64,000 nucleotides of DNA from NCBI GenBank assembly GCA_963826525.1, contig CAWGXH010000003.1:32001-96000 (forward strand), in the 5' to 3' direction. Positions 38,562 to 50,095 of the stretch are shown in pieces. Positions within the stretch are counted from its first letter, which is position 1. Each line of letters begins with the position of its first letter. The DNA is from an uncultured Methanomicrobiaceae archaeon (GTDB lineage: Archaea > Halobacteriota > Methanomicrobia > Methanomicrobiales > Methanoculleaceae). The position numbers and the translations under genes were made by a program. The notes under the pieces were generated by a model. That model was not told the DNA's origin and made no database searches. It saw only the letters and a list, made by a program, of their open reading frames with translations.

Positions 38562-39884
38562 TTACACCACATACATCATCCAGAGTATTCCTAAACCCAC
38601 CGCCACCGTCACGGCCAGCACCAGCATCCCGAGTTTCAGGAAGTCGATAAAGGTAATGGCGATTCCCTCACGCTCGGCGATACCGAGCACGACCACGTTT
38701 GCAGACGCTGCTATCGCCGAGCCGTTGCCGCCGAGACAGGCTCCAAGGGAGAGTGCCCACCAGAGTGGGTAGACATCCATCGTCGCGCTCAGATCGTGAA
38801 TGAGCGGTATCATCGCCGCCGTCAGGGGTATGTTGTCCACCACGGCCGATGCAATCGCGGCGAACCAGGTGACGATGATCATCGCTTCGCCGGTCGAGTG
38901 GACGTTGCTGATCACAAACGCTGCGATCTCGGCGATGACACCGGTCTGAACCAGTGCCCCGACAATGATAAAGAGGCCGCCGAAGAAGAAGAGCGCCGGC
39001 CACTCGACCTTCTCGAAGATCATCTCCGGAGCCTCGCGACTCCAGAAGAGGATGATCGCAGCCCCGATGAGGGCGACTTCGGCAGGTTCGAATGTCATCG
39101 TCGGGTCGACGAACGGCAGGAAGGTATGCAGGATACTGCCGATGTCGTTGTGGACGAAGAAGAGGAAGACCACAAAGAGGATGACGATCACCGATTTGTT
39201 AAAGAGCGCCTTATCCCGGATGGCCGCCCGCTCATCGAGGCCGTTCAATGTCTTGACGAGGACATTCCGCTCTTCCGCCGTGACTTTCATGCCCCTGCCG
39301 TAGAGGAGGTACATCATCCCGATGAGTATGACCATGTCCACGAGGGCGATAGGGCCCATGTTGAAGATGAACTCGTTGAAGGAGAGACCTGCCGAGGACG
39401 CGATCATAATATTCGGGGGATCCCCGATGAGCGTCGCCGCCCCGCCGATGTTCGAGGCGAAGATCTCGGAGACCAGAAACGGGATCGGGTTGAGTTTCAT
39501 CAGATTTGCGACGTAGAGGAGCATCGGGGTGAGGAGCAGCACGGTCGTGACGTTGTCGAGGAACGCACTCACTATCGCCGTCACCGCCATGAAGAGGATG
39601 AGGATCAGGATCGGGCTTCCCCGCGCGAGTTTCGTCGTCCTGATGGCGATATACTCGAAGAGACCGCTGTTCCGTGCGGTATTGACGATGATCATCATCC
39701 CCATCAGAAGGAAGATGGTGCCGAGATCGAGGTATTCGAGGAGCGAGTCCCACGGGATGATCCCGAGGAAGATAACAACGGCCGCTCCGGCCATGGCTGC
39801 TACCGCCCGGTGGATCCGCTCGTCTATGATCAGAATGTAGGTGAGCAGAAATACGACTATTGCCAGCAGCGCGACGCCGTCCAT
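38562..39884 (-). CDS. ArsB/NhaD family (P-protein-like) anion permease
   Basis: SAFLDNVTT, SNIGG.ATLIGDPPN, VDNIP, LGGNGS.IAASAN. Confidence 0.9.
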   Translation of the reverse strand: MDGVALLAIVVFLLTYILIIDERIHRAVAAMAGAAVVIFLGIIPWDSLLEYLDLGTIFLLMGMMIIVNTARNSGLFEYIAIRTTKLARGSPILILILFMAVTAIVSAFLDNVTTVLLLTPMLLYVANLMKLNPIPFLVSEIFASNIGGAATLIGDPPNIMIASSAGLSFNEFIFNMGPIALVDMVILIGMMYLLYGRGMKVTAEERNVLVKTLNGLDERAAIRDKALFNKSVIVILFVVFLFFVHNDIGSILHTFLPFVDPTMTFEPAEVALIGAAIILFWSREAPEMIFEKVEWPALFFFGGLFIIVGALVQTGVIAEIAAFVISNVHSTGEAMIIVTWFAAIASAVVDNIPLTAAMIPLIHDLSATMDVYPLWWALSLGACLGGNGSAIAASANVVVLGIAEREGIAITFIDFLKLGMLVLAVTVAVGLGILWMMYVV

Positions 39885-39892
39885 GACTCCAC

Positions 39893-40435
39893 CTAGTAGA
39901 TGATCGCGGGGCTCTTCACCCGCTGGCAGATCCGGAGGGCAAGCGGGCTCAAGGATGCGGCCTCAGACTCTCCGTCCCCGTAGTGCTTCGATATCGCGAG
40001 CATATCAAAGTCCGTCGCCATCTGTATCACGTCGTCGCCTTTCTGGCCGATGAAAAGCCGGGCCTGCGTCGTGATCCCGCGCTTCTCGAGCTGGCGTGAT
40101 ACCATTGCGAGGATCTCTTCTCCATGCGCCTCTTTCTTCTTCCGGAAGTCTTCGATCGTCTCCTGATCGAGCGTCTGCTCCAGGATCGAGTAGACCCGGG
40201 CGTCCGTTATGTATGCGAGCGAGACCCTGGCATCGTAGGCGGAGAGAACCTCAACGAGATCGTCCGGGAGTTCTCCGGTGAAGACGTCCAGGGGCAGCAG
40301 GATAGCATGCACCTCGGGAACGATCATCTCCTCTTCGGTCAGCAGGAACTCGCCGTACTCCTTCAGGACGGCCTCGTAGCGCTTCCCGACAATATCCTTG
40401 AACTTTCGTTGAATTAAGGACGAGTAATATCCCAT
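39893..40435 (-). CDS. Universal stress protein-like protein
   Basis: AILLPLD, G...D.I......DMLAI, P.IIY; single USP-like fold upstream of the permease. Confidence 0.7.
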   Translation of the reverse strand: MGYYSSLIQRKFKDIVGKRYEAVLKEYGEFLLTEEEMIVPEVHAILLPLDVFTGELPDDLVEVLSAYDARVSLAYITDARVYSILEQTLDQETIEDFRKKKEAHGEEILAMVSRQLEKRGITTQARLFIGQKGDDVIQMATDFDMLAISKHYGDGESEAASLSPLALRICQRVKSPAIIY

Positions 40436-40553
40436 TGTAATGCTCTCCTAGAGTATCTGATTGGTGGGAGTTAATATTTTGGTCTCCTCGTGATCAGCAG
40501 ATCTTCCGGTTTTCCGGATTTCAACCCTTTGGAAAGGCTCTTCAACAGAGCCG

Positions 40554-41090
40554 TCAACCCTGCCGCCCCCCGAGCGCTTCCCGGCAGGCAGCGCAGAACT
40601 GCTTTCTCTTCCGATCAAGCTCGTCGAGGGTCGCCGGCCGGAACATAATGCACTCCCGGTCGGCGCAGTGATCGAGGCCGAGGAGATGCCCGATCTCGTG
40701 AGCCCCCTCTTTTGCCGTCCGATCGATGAGATCGTCGTCATTTGCCGCGCGGTTGTAGTAGGTATTGTCGAGGCGTGCGGTGGAGACGACGGCGGCACCC
40801 GCTGCCTTTCGCGCAAGGCCGAAGACAAAGTCGCAGTTCTGCACGAAGAGGTCACGGCTCGTAACGAGAAGCAGAGGGTCTGTTATTCCGTATCGTCGAA
40901 TGAACGTATTCTGGAGCCGATCCAGGATCTTCCGTGCATCGTACTGATCGCGGTCCCGGTCATATCCGTCCGCCAGGAGCGGGTGCTCGATGATCTCGAC
41001 CTCCCGGCAAAGAAGCATCGAGATGAGGCGGGAGACGGGGACCTCGAGACCCTGAGGTGCCTGCTGATCCCAAAGAATTTTGATGCCCAT
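40554..41090 (-). CDS. amzA: Archaemetzincin zinc metalloprotease
   Basis: KE.AHEIGHLLGLDHC...CIM...LD.K...FC..C. Confidence 0.93.
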   Translation of the reverse strand: MGIKILWDQQAPQGLEVPVSRLISMLLCREVEIIEHPLLADGYDRDRDQYDARKILDRLQNTFIRRYGITDPLLLVTSRDLFVQNCDFVFGLARKAAGAAVVSTARLDNTYYNRAANDDDLIDRTAKEGAHEIGHLLGLDHCADRECIMFRPATLDELDRKRKQFCAACREALGGRQG

Positions 41091-41107
41091 TACCTAATCT
41101 CTGGGTA

Positions 41108-41527
41108 ATGAGTGGGCATAAACGTATTGAGCGGAATATCGGGGAGTTTATTGCTGCCCGGTACCGGGAAGCTGTAGAGATCGGGATCGGCAACAATCCG
41201 GATGCCGCACGGATAGTCGCCGCCGCCGGAGCTCTTCGGCGCTGCACCGACATCCGTCCCGGGCTCTCGCACGAGGGCCTCTCTGTGACCGTTGACGATA
41301 TCTTCGAACCGGATCCTGCCCTCTATGCAGGGGCGGATGTGCTCTATGCCGTCAGGCCCGGTATTGAGATGATTCCGCCCCTGATAGAGCTCGCCCGTCG
41401 TGTCGATGCCGATCTCCTGGTGTACCATCTCGGTTTTGAAATATACGAAGACGGGGGAGAGATCGTCGACCCTCGCATTATCCTTCGGCGCTACCATCGC
41501 CGGCGCGATCAGAAGAGTGTCGCCTGA
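41108..41527 (+). CDS. UPF0146 family protein
   Basis: VEIGIG, DDIFEP...[14 protein letters not shown]. Confidence 0.85.
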   Translation: MSGHKRIERNIGEFIAARYREAVEIGIGNNPDAARIVAAAGALRRCTDIRPGLSHEGLSVTVDDIFEPDPALYAGADVLYAVRPGIEMIPPLIELARRVDADLLVYHLGFEIYEDGGEIVDPRIILRRYHRRRDQKSVA

Positions 41528-42873
41528 CCGGCCGATTTTTCCGGCCGTCTCTCGGTGTCGGACTTCTCCGGGGGGTCGGTCTCTTCCTTCTTCTCTGCCG
41601 TTTTCCGTTTCGGTGCCTTTTCAGCCGCCTTCTCGGCTGCTTTTGCCTCTTTTGCGACCTCCCGCACGATCCGTGCGGCGGCGGTCTTGTCCTGGAGGAA
41701 GAGGGAGAGCTCGTCGGCGTCGAGATCGAGCTCCCGGACGAAGCGGGCAGGGTTCTGCTCGACGAGCAGGGTGATCGGCGTAAAGAACTCTTCGGCAAGC
41801 GTACTCGCCGGTATATGCGCTTCGGTTGCGAGCTTCCGCATCAGGCCTGCCCGGATCGCCTTCTGCCGCCGGGATCTGCTCATCTTGCCCCAGCGCTCCG
41901 GCGGGGTGATCCTCCCGTGAATCCCGGCTCCTCCGGCTGCATCGGCCACCCCGAGCAGCATCAGAGCGGTCGCATACCGCCAGAGCGTGTAGTACTGGCG
42001 TCGGTAGGTCAGCCCGACGTACTCGTCGGCGCGTGCGATAACGTCGTATCCGCGTGCCCGGGACGCGAAGTCAGGCATCTGCTGGAGGTTCCCTTCAATC
42101 CACTGAAGGGTGGCGTCGGGGGTATCCTCCACCTCGTAGGATACCTTCAGCAGCGCCTCGTCGCTTTTACCCTTGAAGACGGCGGCGACGAGATCGAAGA
42201 TGGTAGACCGTTCGTCCTTCCGCGCCGTGTTGATGTCGGCAGCGGAGACTTCGCTCCGGCCGATGCCTGCTGCAAAGAGCATGTTCACTGCCGCCCGCAT
42301 ATCCCCTCCGGCACGCTCGGCGATCTCCGCGAGAGCCTCATCCCGGCAGGAGAGTCCCTCTTCGGCGCAGATCTGGCGGAGCCGCGGGACGATTGATCGT
42401 GCCTGGAGCGCCCGGAACTGCACCGGCTCGGTGACCGCCTTGAGCTCTTTTGCAAGGCCGTAGTAGTCGTTTGCGATCAAAATGATAGGCTGGCGGGACC
42501 GTGCGATGATATCGACGATCGCCCGTGCGCCGCCGCGGTCGGCGTGGGCGTGGAGATTGTCCGCCTCGTCGAGGATGATGACCTTCCGGGCAGCCCCGAG
42601 GAGGCTCATCGTCGTGCTGCTGCTGCCCGCGATCCTCTCGATAATGGGTTTTGTCCGCTGGTCGGAGGCGTTCAGTTCGACGACCTCCCAGTTCATGTCG
42701 TTTGCCAGAGCGTATGCAGTCGACGTCTTCCCGATCCCGGGTCTGCCGTACAGGACGAGGGGTTTGCTCTGCGGTGTCCAGGTTTTTGCCCACTCGTATA
42801 TCTGCCGAACTGCGGAGGTGTTTCCCACGATATCCTGCAGGTGTCGGGGCCTGTACTTCTCCGCCCAATCCAT
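41509..42873 (-). CDS. rfcL: Replication factor C large subunit
   Basis: [30 protein letters not shown]; Lys-rich tail ending in PIP box QATLF. Confidence 0.95.
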   Translation of the reverse strand: MDWAEKYRPRHLQDIVGNTSAVRQIYEWAKTWTPQSKPLVLYGRPGIGKTSTAYALANDMNWEVVELNASDQRTKPIIERIAGSSSTTMSLLGAARKVIILDEADNLHAHADRGGARAIVDIIARSRQPIILIANDYYGLAKELKAVTEPVQFRALQARSIVPRLRQICAEEGLSCRDEALAEIAERAGGDMRAAVNMLFAAGIGRSEVSAADINTARKDERSTIFDLVAAVFKGKSDEALLKVSYEVEDTPDATLQWIEGNLQQMPDFASRARGYDVIARADEYVGLTYRRQYYTLWRYATALMLLGVADAAGGAGIHGRITPPERWGKMSRSRRQKAIRAGLMRKLATEAHIPASTLAEEFFTPITLLVEQNPARFVRELDLDADELSLFLQDKTAAARIVREVAKEAKAAEKAAEKAPKRKTAEKKEETDPPEKSDTERRPEKSAGQATLF

Positions 42874-43115
42874 GTACCTATATCCACCGCCCAGACGAAA
42901 AAGCAATTGCCGGGAGTCTCGGAGGTGATCGATCCGCCGGGCCGGGGTACGGGCGAAGATGCCGGATCCGCCCCGGGCGGAAGGCGGATGCCCGAGGACA
43001 ATCCTTCGTTTCGGAACGTATTTGCGTATCTGTCGGCATCGTTCACACGATAATCAAATACATTATCTCTGATGAGGCAGAATACCATAAAGAAGATTGG
43101 AGTGTTGGTGTTCTC

Positions 43116-44126
43116 GTGGTAAGGGATTGCTCCACTGATACGGTAGCAAAAGCCGTCAGGGAATATGAAGGTGTAACAAGAAAGCACGATATCGGGGGAA
43201 TGATCAAGGCACTCCGGATTGAAGCTCCCGACGTTATCGCCTCCTTCGGCGAGGATGCAGCCGTTATCAGGCACAACACCGATGATGCGCTGCTGCTTGC
43301 AGCCGATGGAATCTGGAGCCGGCTCATGGAGGCCGACCCGTTCTGGGCCGGGTATTGTGCGGTGCTGGTGAATATCCACGATATCGCGGCAATGGGTGCG
43401 AAACCCGTTGCCATGGTGGATATCCTCTCCGTTACGAGCGAGCGGATCCGCACCGAGGTGACGCGGGGCATGGTGACCGCATCCGCCCAGTTCGGCGTAC
43501 CGATCGTCGGCGGGCACCTGCACCCCGATACCCCGTACAGCGTCGTCGATGTGGCCATCCTCGGCACTGCCCGGATGGACCAGCTCATCTTCTCTCATAC
43601 GGCGGAGGAGGGGGATGCTGTCATCGCCGCCATCGATCTCGACGGACGGATCCACCCGTCCTGCGCCCTGAACTGGGACTCGGTGACGATGAAGTCTTCC
43701 GAGGAGGTTCGTGCCCAGATCGACCTGATGCAACGCCTCGGCGCCGAACGGCTGGTGACCGCCGGCAAGGACATCAGCAATCCCGGCATCATCGGCACGC
43801 TCGGCATGCTGCTCGAGGTGAGCGGCAAGGGTGCGGTCATCGATCTCGAGGCGATCCCCCGGCCCGATCTTGCGGCTGTCGGGATCGCCTTTGAGCAGTG
43901 GGTCAGGATGTATCCGGGCATGGGTTTCATCCTGACCGTCCGGGACGAGCACGTCGGCGAAGTATGCCGGCGGTTCGAAGCCGTAGGCATGGCGGCCGCA
44001 TCGATCGGCCGGGTCGACGGCAGCCGGAATCTCACCGTCACGTACCAGGGGGAGGAGACGGAGGTCTTCGATCTCGACCGCGACGGCATCATGCGTATCT
44101 TTGCGGATGAGGATGTATGCCGGTAA
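43116..44126 (+). CDS. Methanogenesis marker protein 2 (PurM/AIR synthase-like)
   Basis: YEGVTRK, FGEDAA, AADGIW..L...DP.WAGY, GGHLHPD, KDISNPG; start approximate (GTG). Confidence 0.88.
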   Translation: MVRDCSTDTVAKAVREYEGVTRKHDIGGMIKALRIEAPDVIASFGEDAAVIRHNTDDALLLAADGIWSRLMEADPFWAGYCAVLVNIHDIAAMGAKPVAMVDILSVTSERIRTEVTRGMVTASAQFGVPIVGGHLHPDTPYSVVDVAILGTARMDQLIFSHTAEEGDAVIAAIDLDGRIHPSCALNWDSVTMKSSEEVRAQIDLMQRLGAERLVTAGKDISNPGIIGTLGMLLEVSGKGAVIDLEAIPRPDLAAVGIAFEQWVRMYPGMGFILTVRDEHVGEVCRRFEAVGMAAASIGRVDGSRNLTVTYQGEETEVFDLDRDGIMRIFADEDVCR

Positions 44127-44866
44127 CGGTCGGTATCGGGGCTCTCGCGGATCCCGCGAAGGTCAGGGAGAGCATACGCGGCGCTCCTGCCGGGGTGCGG
44201 ATGGTCTGCTTCGGCCCGCCGGGGCTGCAGGCGGTGCTCGGGGATGCCTGCACCGTCGTTGAAAGCAGCGATCCGGGCACTGCTCTCGTATCGGCGCTGG
44301 CTGCGGGGGAGATCGATGCGGCCGTCCGCGGTACGCTTCCTGCCTCGTCCACCCTCGGAGCCCTCAAAAAAGCGTGCGGGGTGGACTGTCTCGTCAGGAT
44401 CGCCCTCCTCGAGACCGCCGACGGCCGTCTCTTCTTCCTTGCCCCGGTCGGGGTCGACGAGGGGTGGACGGTCGCCCAGAAGATCGACCTCGCCCGGCGC
44501 GGGCAAAGCCTTGCCCGGAGGTTTGGACTTCCGGATACCGTGGCGGTGCTCTCCGGCGGGAGGTACGGCGATATCGGTCGTCACCCTGCCGTCGACCGGA
44601 GCCTCGCCGACGCCGAGCTCGTTGCCCGTCTCAGCGGCGGCGAGCATGCCGAGATCCTGATCGAGGATGCCGTCCGCCGCTTCGGCGTTATCGTGGCACC
44701 CGACGGCATCTCCGGGAATCTTATCTTCCGTACCCTGACATTTCTCGGAGCCGGTATCGGTCATGGAGCACCGGTGGTAAATATCGACAGAATCTTCGTC
44801 GATACCTCGCGCGCCTCACCAAATTATACGAAAGCAATTTCACTGGCAGAATCGCTTGCAAAATAA
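44117..44866 (+). CDS. mtxX: Methanogenesis marker Mmp4/MtxX
   Basis: DAAVRGTL, LAPVGVDEG, LSGGR..D.GR, PDGISGNLIFR, FVDTSR. Confidence 0.9.
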   Translation: MPVTVGIGALADPAKVRESIRGAPAGVRMVCFGPPGLQAVLGDACTVVESSDPGTALVSALAAGEIDAAVRGTLPASSTLGALKKACGVDCLVRIALLETADGRLFFLAPVGVDEGWTVAQKIDLARRGQSLARRFGLPDTVAVLSGGRYGDIGRHPAVDRSLADAELVARLSGGEHAEILIEDAVRRFGVIVAPDGISGNLIFRTLTFLGAGIGHGAPVVNIDRIFVDTSRASPNYTKAISLAESLAK

Positions 44867-45012
44867 AATCCCGACTTATTTTGCCGCTATAACGCGAAAC
44901 CCTGCAATATTCTCGGCATTCCAAATCGCAATAATTCCCTGCCCGGGCTTTGGGTGCGGTCTTCAAATGTCACGCGAATGCCGAAGAACGGCGCAAAAAA
45001 TCGAGATAATCC

Positions 45013-45027
45013 CGAAATGTTTATATA
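45013..45027 (+). promoter_or_regulatory. BRE/TATA promoter of the histone gene
   Basis: CGAAA followed by TTTATATA about 37 nt upstream of ATG 45064. Confidence 0.65.
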
Positions 45028-45063
45028 TTAACTGATATACTTCTTTTAGAGGTGGAATTGATT

Positions 45064-45270
45064 ATGGCAGATCTACCAATTGCTGCGGTTGTACGTATTG
45101 CAAAGAAGAATGGCGCTGAGAGAGTCGGCAGCGATGCCGCTGCTGCACTTGTTACGAAGGCAGAGGCATACATCGCCGAGCTGACCAAGGAAGCCAACAG
45201 GCTTGCTCAGCACGCGGGACGCAAGACGATCAAGGCAGAAGATGTCGACCTCGCAGTTAAGTCTGCGTAA
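45064..45270 (+). CDS. Archaeal histone (HMf family)
   Basis: LPIAAV.RI.K..GAERV..DA...A.HAGRKTIKAEDV; 68 aa. Confidence 0.95.
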   Translation: MADLPIAAVVRIAKKNGAERVGSDAAAALVTKAEAYIAELTKEANRLAQHAGRKTIKAEDVDLAVKSA

Positions 45271-45817
45271 ATCCGGCATTCTCTCCTTATTTACCCGATT
45301 TTAGTATCGTTTTACACGTACCGGATGGTATGGAGAAACCGCCGGCGGCCTTCGGAGTCGGGGGATTATTCTGGTATATCGGTTTTATCGAATTCTTCTC
45401 CGGGACAGGGCAAGCAGCATCACGCCGGGCGTGAAGGCTGTAGTTCCGATTAAGCAATGTTTAAATGCCGGGAATCCTGTACACATCCGCGAAATTCCGA
45501 CCCTCACAGAAGCCCGCAGACGGACGATCTCCGGGCGGGGTATGGTATGCATCCTCTTGAAATTACTGCCGCTCATATCGCCGTTATAACCTCGCGTTCC
45601 TGCCGAATCTCTCCGATTCGTCGCTATTTTGTCGGTTTTTCCGGATGCCTGATTTTGAGATCCGGAATCGCCCGTAAAATCGATAAAAAAACGGCAATCC
45701 GTCCTGCTTTCAGAACGGAGAGAGGGTGGCTCCCGCCCCGGGACCGGAACCCGCCTGCCGCACCCCGGATCGGGATGAGGAAGCACGGTAAATGGGAGAC
45801 CCCGGTTCACGGCTCCC

Positions 45818-46400
45818 TTAGAGCGTTCCTTTCGTGCTTGGAATATCGGTGCTCGCCGGGTCGATGGCCACAGCGGCTCTAAGAGCCCTTCCGAACGCCT
45901 TGAAGACAGACTTCGCACATGTGATGGTCGTTTCGCCCGTAAAACGAGATGTGAGCGGTGATACCGGCATTGGTGCAGAGACTGGAGAAGAAATGTTCGA
46001 CGAGGTCTCCCGGAATGTTCCCCGGCCCTGTGGGGGAGAACGTGCCGGTAAAGACGAGGTAGCCCCGCCCTCCGATATCCATGGCCACCCGGGCGAGCGC
46101 TTCGTCCATGGGGACGGCGGCATCCGCGAACCTGGTGATCCCCCGTCCGTCGCCGACCGCTTCTGCGAGTGCGCTCCCAAGGACGATGCCGATATCCTCC
46201 ATCGTGTGGTGAACGTCGACGGCGAGGTCGCCGGCTGCCCTGACGGAGAGGTCGACTCTGCCGTGCTTCCCGAGGGCTCCGAGCATATGGTCGAGGAAGG
46301 CGATCCCGGTCTCGACGGTGCAGGCTCCCCTGCCATCGAGATCGATCGAGACGGTGACGTCCGTCTCGCGTGTCCTGCGGTGGATCTCACTTCGTCGCAT
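45818..46400 (-). CDS. hisB: Imidazoleglycerol-phosphate dehydratase (frameshift at ~45910)
   Basis: RRTRETD, FLDHML, HHTMED, PMDEA, NDHH.CE + FKAFGRAL...PSTKG.L in the next frame. Confidence 0.92.
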
Positions 46401-47106
46401 CTGCAGCCTCCAGTGCATCCGTGAGCCGGATTATACCGGCATACAGGGCGGAACCGAGCACGGCACCAAAGACTCCGGCGTCCTTGAGCGCCCGGACGTC
46501 GGTAGCGGACGAGACGCCTCCGGAAGCGACGACCGGGAGACCCGTCACCGCAAGGAGCCTTTTGACGGGTTCGAGAGCAATCCCCTGCTGCAGCCCCTCG
46601 ACATCGACGTTGGTGAAGAGGAGCGAGCCGGCACCGAGTGTCTCGAAGGTCTCCGCCCAGGTGAGATAGTCTCCGGCAGCCTCTTCCCAGCCTTCGATCA
46701 CGACCTGCCCTCCCCGGGCGTCGACCCCGGCCATCACGCAGTCGCTGCCGAACTCGTCGGCGATAGTGCGGACTGCTTCCGGGCTCCTGACGGCAAGCGT
46801 TCCGAGGATTACCCGTGCAACGCCGATCGCGAGCCATCCGGCGGCATCCTCAACGCTCCGGATACCCCCGCCGAGCTCGACGGTGACGTCCGTCTCATGG
46901 ATGAGCTCCTGGATCAGATCGGCATTTCTGGTGGCCTTTCCGAATGCCCCGTCGAGATTGATGACGTGGAGGGCATCGGCTCCTTCGTCGAGCCACCTCT
47001 GCGCCCAGGCGGCAGGATCGCCGTAGACCGTTGCCTGGTCCCGCTTTCCCTGCACGAGCTGCACGCACCGCCCATCCAGAATATCGACTGCCGGATAGAT
47101 CTCCAT
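46387..47106 (-). CDS. hisA: ProFAR isomerase
   Basis: PAVDI..G.CVQL.QG, GGGIRS, T.VDVEG, SGGV, GSALY. Confidence 0.95.
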   Translation of the reverse strand: MEIYPAVDILDGRCVQLVQGKRDQATVYGDPAAWAQRWLDEGADALHVINLDGAFGKATRNADLIQELIHETDVTVELGGGIRSVEDAAGWLAIGVARVILGTLAVRSPEAVRTIADEFGSDCVMAGVDARGGQVVIEGWEEAAGDYLTWAETFETLGAGSLLFTNVDVEGLQQGIALEPVKRLLAVTGLPVVASGGVSSATDVRALKDAGVFGAVLGSALYAGIIRLTDALEAADATK

Positions 47107-47111
47107 AGGTA

Positions 47112-48011
47112 TCAGCGTATCATCCGGTCTATCGGCATAACTAATATGTCTTTTGCGCCTGCCCGTTTTAACTGGTTGATGAGTTGATAGACCCGCTCCT
47201 CACGGACGACGGCGTGAACGGCGACGATATTGTCGCCCGATGCAACGTCCATCACGGTCGGGCCGCCGAGGCCGGGAAGGACGTTCTTCACATCCTCGAC
47301 GGCGCTCCGGTGGACGTTCATCATCAGGTAGCACTGCCCCTTCGCCCGGATCACACTCTCGAGGGCGAGGACGATCTCGTCGATCTTCTCGCGCTTCTCC
47401 TGCATCGAGTTCTTATTTGCAATGAGAATCGTGCTGCTTTTCAGGATCTCGTCGATGACGCGGAGACGGTTTGTCTTGAGCGTCGTGCCGGAGTCTGAAA
47501 GGTCGACGATGGCGTCGGCGATGCCGAGATGCGGCGTCGCCTCGCATGCCCCGCCGACGGTGACGATGGAGACCCGAATGCCGTGCTGCTCGAAGTATGC
47601 GCGGGCAATCCCGGGAAATTCCGTCGCGACCCTGGCATCGGCGAGATCGCCGACGCTCGTGATCGCCGACTCCTCCGGCACCGCGACGACGAGCGTCGCC
47701 CGCCCCATCTGGAGGTCGAGCAGGTCTTCGACATCGGCGTTCCGCTCCATCACCATATCCTTCCCGGTGATCCCGAGATCGGCGACGCCGTTCGCGACGT
47801 ACTCGGGGATATCGATCGGGCGGGCGAAGAGGATCTCCACATGAGGATCATGCGTTCTGGTGATGAGCCGTCGTTCGCCCCCGTCCAGCATATGCAGGCC
47901 GCTCTTCTCGATCAGCTCGTTGATCGGCTGGGCAATCCTGCCTTTATTCGGCATGGCGAGGCGGACGGTATATTCGTCCCGCTCTCCTCTGGTGTACGTC
48001 GTCGGGGTCAT
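47112..48011 (-). CDS. hisG: ATP phosphoribosyltransferase (long form)
   Basis: PNKGR, DIP.YV..G.AD.GITG.D, GA.E, D....G.TL..N.L; C-terminal regulatory domain. Confidence 0.95.
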   Translation of the reverse strand: MTPTTYTRGERDEYTVRLAMPNKGRIAQPINELIEKSGLHMLDGGERRLITRTHDPHVEILFARPIDIPEYVANGVADLGITGKDMVMERNADVEDLLDLQMGRATLVVAVPEESAITSVGDLADARVATEFPGIARAYFEQHGIRVSIVTVGGACEATPHLGIADAIVDLSDSGTTLKTNRLRVIDEILKSSTILIANKNSMQEKREKIDEIVLALESVIRAKGQCYLMMNVHRSAVEDVKNVLPGLGGPTVMDVASGDNIVAVHAVVREERVYQLINQLKRAGAKDILVMPIDRMIR

Positions 48012-48036
48012 GGATCTTCCGGATGAATGGTAGCCG

Positions 48037-49236
48037 TTAGAAGGTCTTGAGTTCTCCCCTGATGACCTTCTCGGTGATGGAGGTGACGTTTGCCAGCCAC
48101 TCGTTCATGATTGCATCGACCTCGGGGGTGACGGCGTTCATGCTCGTTCCCGGTTTCGTGATCACCTGGGCGCTTGCGACATGCGGCTGGTCGATGGGGT
48201 GGCCGATCTGCGAGAGCAGGCGGACGTACATCTCCTCGATGCCGTCGACCTTTGCCACGCAGTCCTGCGCGATCTGCGTTGCGAGGAGGTTGTAGATCTT
48301 GCCGATGTGGTTGATGGGGTTCTTTCCGCTCGTCGCTTCCATGCTCATCGGGCGGTTCGGGGTGATCAGGCCGTTGCATCGGTTGCCGCGGCCGACCGAT
48401 CCGTCGTCACCCATCTCGGCGGACGATCCGGAGACGGTGAGGAAGATACTCTCCTGCTCTATGTCGTCTGCGGTGTTCACGTCGACGCGGACGGTTCTCT
48501 TCGTGAACCCCTGTGCGACGGACTCGACCTGCTCCTTGATGAGGTGCTTCATCTCGACATAGTCGTTCAGGCTCGAACAGTAGCGGTCGACGAACGCAAT
48601 GGCGAGGGTGATGGTGATCGCTTCTCCGTCGCGGAGGCACATGATCTTGCAGTCCTGACCGATGATGGGATACCGGGGCCGGAGCTGCTCGTCGAGGAAG
48701 GCGGCGACGCCCAGGACGACGCTCTCCGCTTCGGAGAAGGGTGCATGTCCGACACCGAAGGAGGTGTCGTTTGCCCGCGGGATGGTGACGCAGGTCTTGA
48801 AGACATCCCGGAGGTCGGTCGAGCCCATGCCCATGCGGGAGTCGACGGTGATGTCGCGTTCCATGTCGAGGGTCGGCAGGATCGTCCGGATGTACTTCCT
48901 GGCAGCGTTGATGGCGATGGTGTCCGCGGGGATATTCGCGCCGTCGAAGGTCTTTGTCGCCCTGCCGTTCAGCAGCACGTAGATCGGTTTTGTGATCACG
49001 CCTCCGCCGAACCCGGGCATCGATTCTCCGGCAACGATCTCGCCCTGATCGGTATTGTGGTGCAGGACGGTGCCGCACTCCTCGAAGTAGGCTGCGCTGA
49101 GAGCACGGCTGATCGACTCGGCAATACCGTCGGCAAGGCTGTCCGGGTGGCCGAGACATTTTCGCTCCACAAGTTCAATCCGCTGCTGTTCGATCGGGGT
49201 CTGCGCGAGCCCCTCTACACTGATATTCCTCTTCAT
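48037..49236 (-). CDS. mat: S-adenosylmethionine synthetase, archaeal type
   Basis: [53 protein letters not shown]. Confidence 0.95.
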   Translation of the reverse strand: MKRNISVEGLAQTPIEQQRIELVERKCLGHPDSLADGIAESISRALSAAYFEECGTVLHHNTDQGEIVAGESMPGFGGGVITKPIYVLLNGRATKTFDGANIPADTIAINAARKYIRTILPTLDMERDITVDSRMGMGSTDLRDVFKTCVTIPRANDTSFGVGHAPFSEAESVVLGVAAFLDEQLRPRYPIIGQDCKIMCLRDGEAITITLAIAFVDRYCSSLNDYVEMKHLIKEQVESVAQGFTKRTVRVDVNTADDIEQESIFLTVSGSSAEMGDDGSVGRGNRCNGLITPNRPMSMEATSGKNPINHIGKIYNLLATQIAQDCVAKVDGIEEMYVRLLSQIGHPIDQPHVASAQVITKPGTSMNAVTPEVDAIMNEWLANVTSITEKVIRGELKTF

Positions 49237-49303
49237 CGAATCCACCGTAGTTCTAAACTATACTATACCAGATGACTACAATTCATATAACCGTTTCTAA
49301 CTT

Positions 49304-50095
49304 TTAATCCGCAGATCGGAGCGGATAGCTGATCTTGCAGATGCCGTCCCGGAATACCCTCACCATACCGCCGCTCTCCGAGATCGTTATGCCGACGACG
49401 GGTATCTCGCTGGTAACGAACGCGGTCGCACGATGCCTCCCGCCGAGCCCGCTCGGGAGCGTCACCGTCTTCCCCGTGACGTCGAGGTACCGGCCCGCCG
49501 CCCGGATATCTCCGGTCGTGTCGATGACGAAGACGCCGTCGAGCTGGGCGAACTCTTTGACGCTCTCCCAGTTATCCCGGTCTTTGACGTCCCGGAGAGA
49601 GGGCGGCTGGCCCTGGTATGGATTTAAAATGGCCTGGTGCGAGTGCTTGAAGATCTCCTCGGGGTCGCCGATGATGAACGCCGTGCCGATGGCACGCCCC
49701 TCACGCCCCTCGATGGCGATCTCCATCGCAAGTGTCAGGACGGCATGGAGAATGTCGCGGGGAACGATATCGGAGAAGTCCTTGAGGTTGATGAAGTTCT
49801 TCCCTTCCTCGATATCGTAGAGGACGATGGCGTACGGGAAGACTCCCACGACAAGGCCGCTCTCGAACCGTCGCGAGAGGTAGATCTGGACGGTGGCGTC
49901 GAGCATGTGCCGCTCGCTCACCTCGAGGATATCATGCATGGTGAGGTCCTTGAGGACGTCGAGCTGGAGTTCCTGCACCCAGATGACCGGGACCTCCGAC
50001 TCAAACTCCCGCGGCTCGGTGAACGAGACGATCGCCTTGGCGCTCACCGATGCTGCCACCTGCCGGGCAGCCTCGAGCATCGTCTCGTCGTTCAT
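49304..50095 (-). CDS. dacZ: Diadenylate cyclase (DacZ/DisA_N family)
   Basis: EGREG..IGT.F, KE.AQLDG.F, GLGGRHRA, SESGG; the last few codons may be frameshifted. Confidence 0.88.
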   Translation of the reverse strand: MNDETMLEAARQVAASVSAKAIVSFTEPREFESEVPVIWVQELQLDVLKDLTMHDILEVSERHMLDATVQIYLSRRFESGLVVGVFPYAIVLYDIEEGKNFINLKDFSDIVPRDILHAVLTLAMEIAIEGREGRAIGTAFIIGDPEEIFKHSHQAILNPYQGQPPSLRDVKDRDNWESVKEFAQLDGVFVIDTTGDIRAAGRYLDVTGKTVTLPSGLGGRHRATAFVTSEIPVVGITISESGGMVRVFRDGICKISYPLRSAD

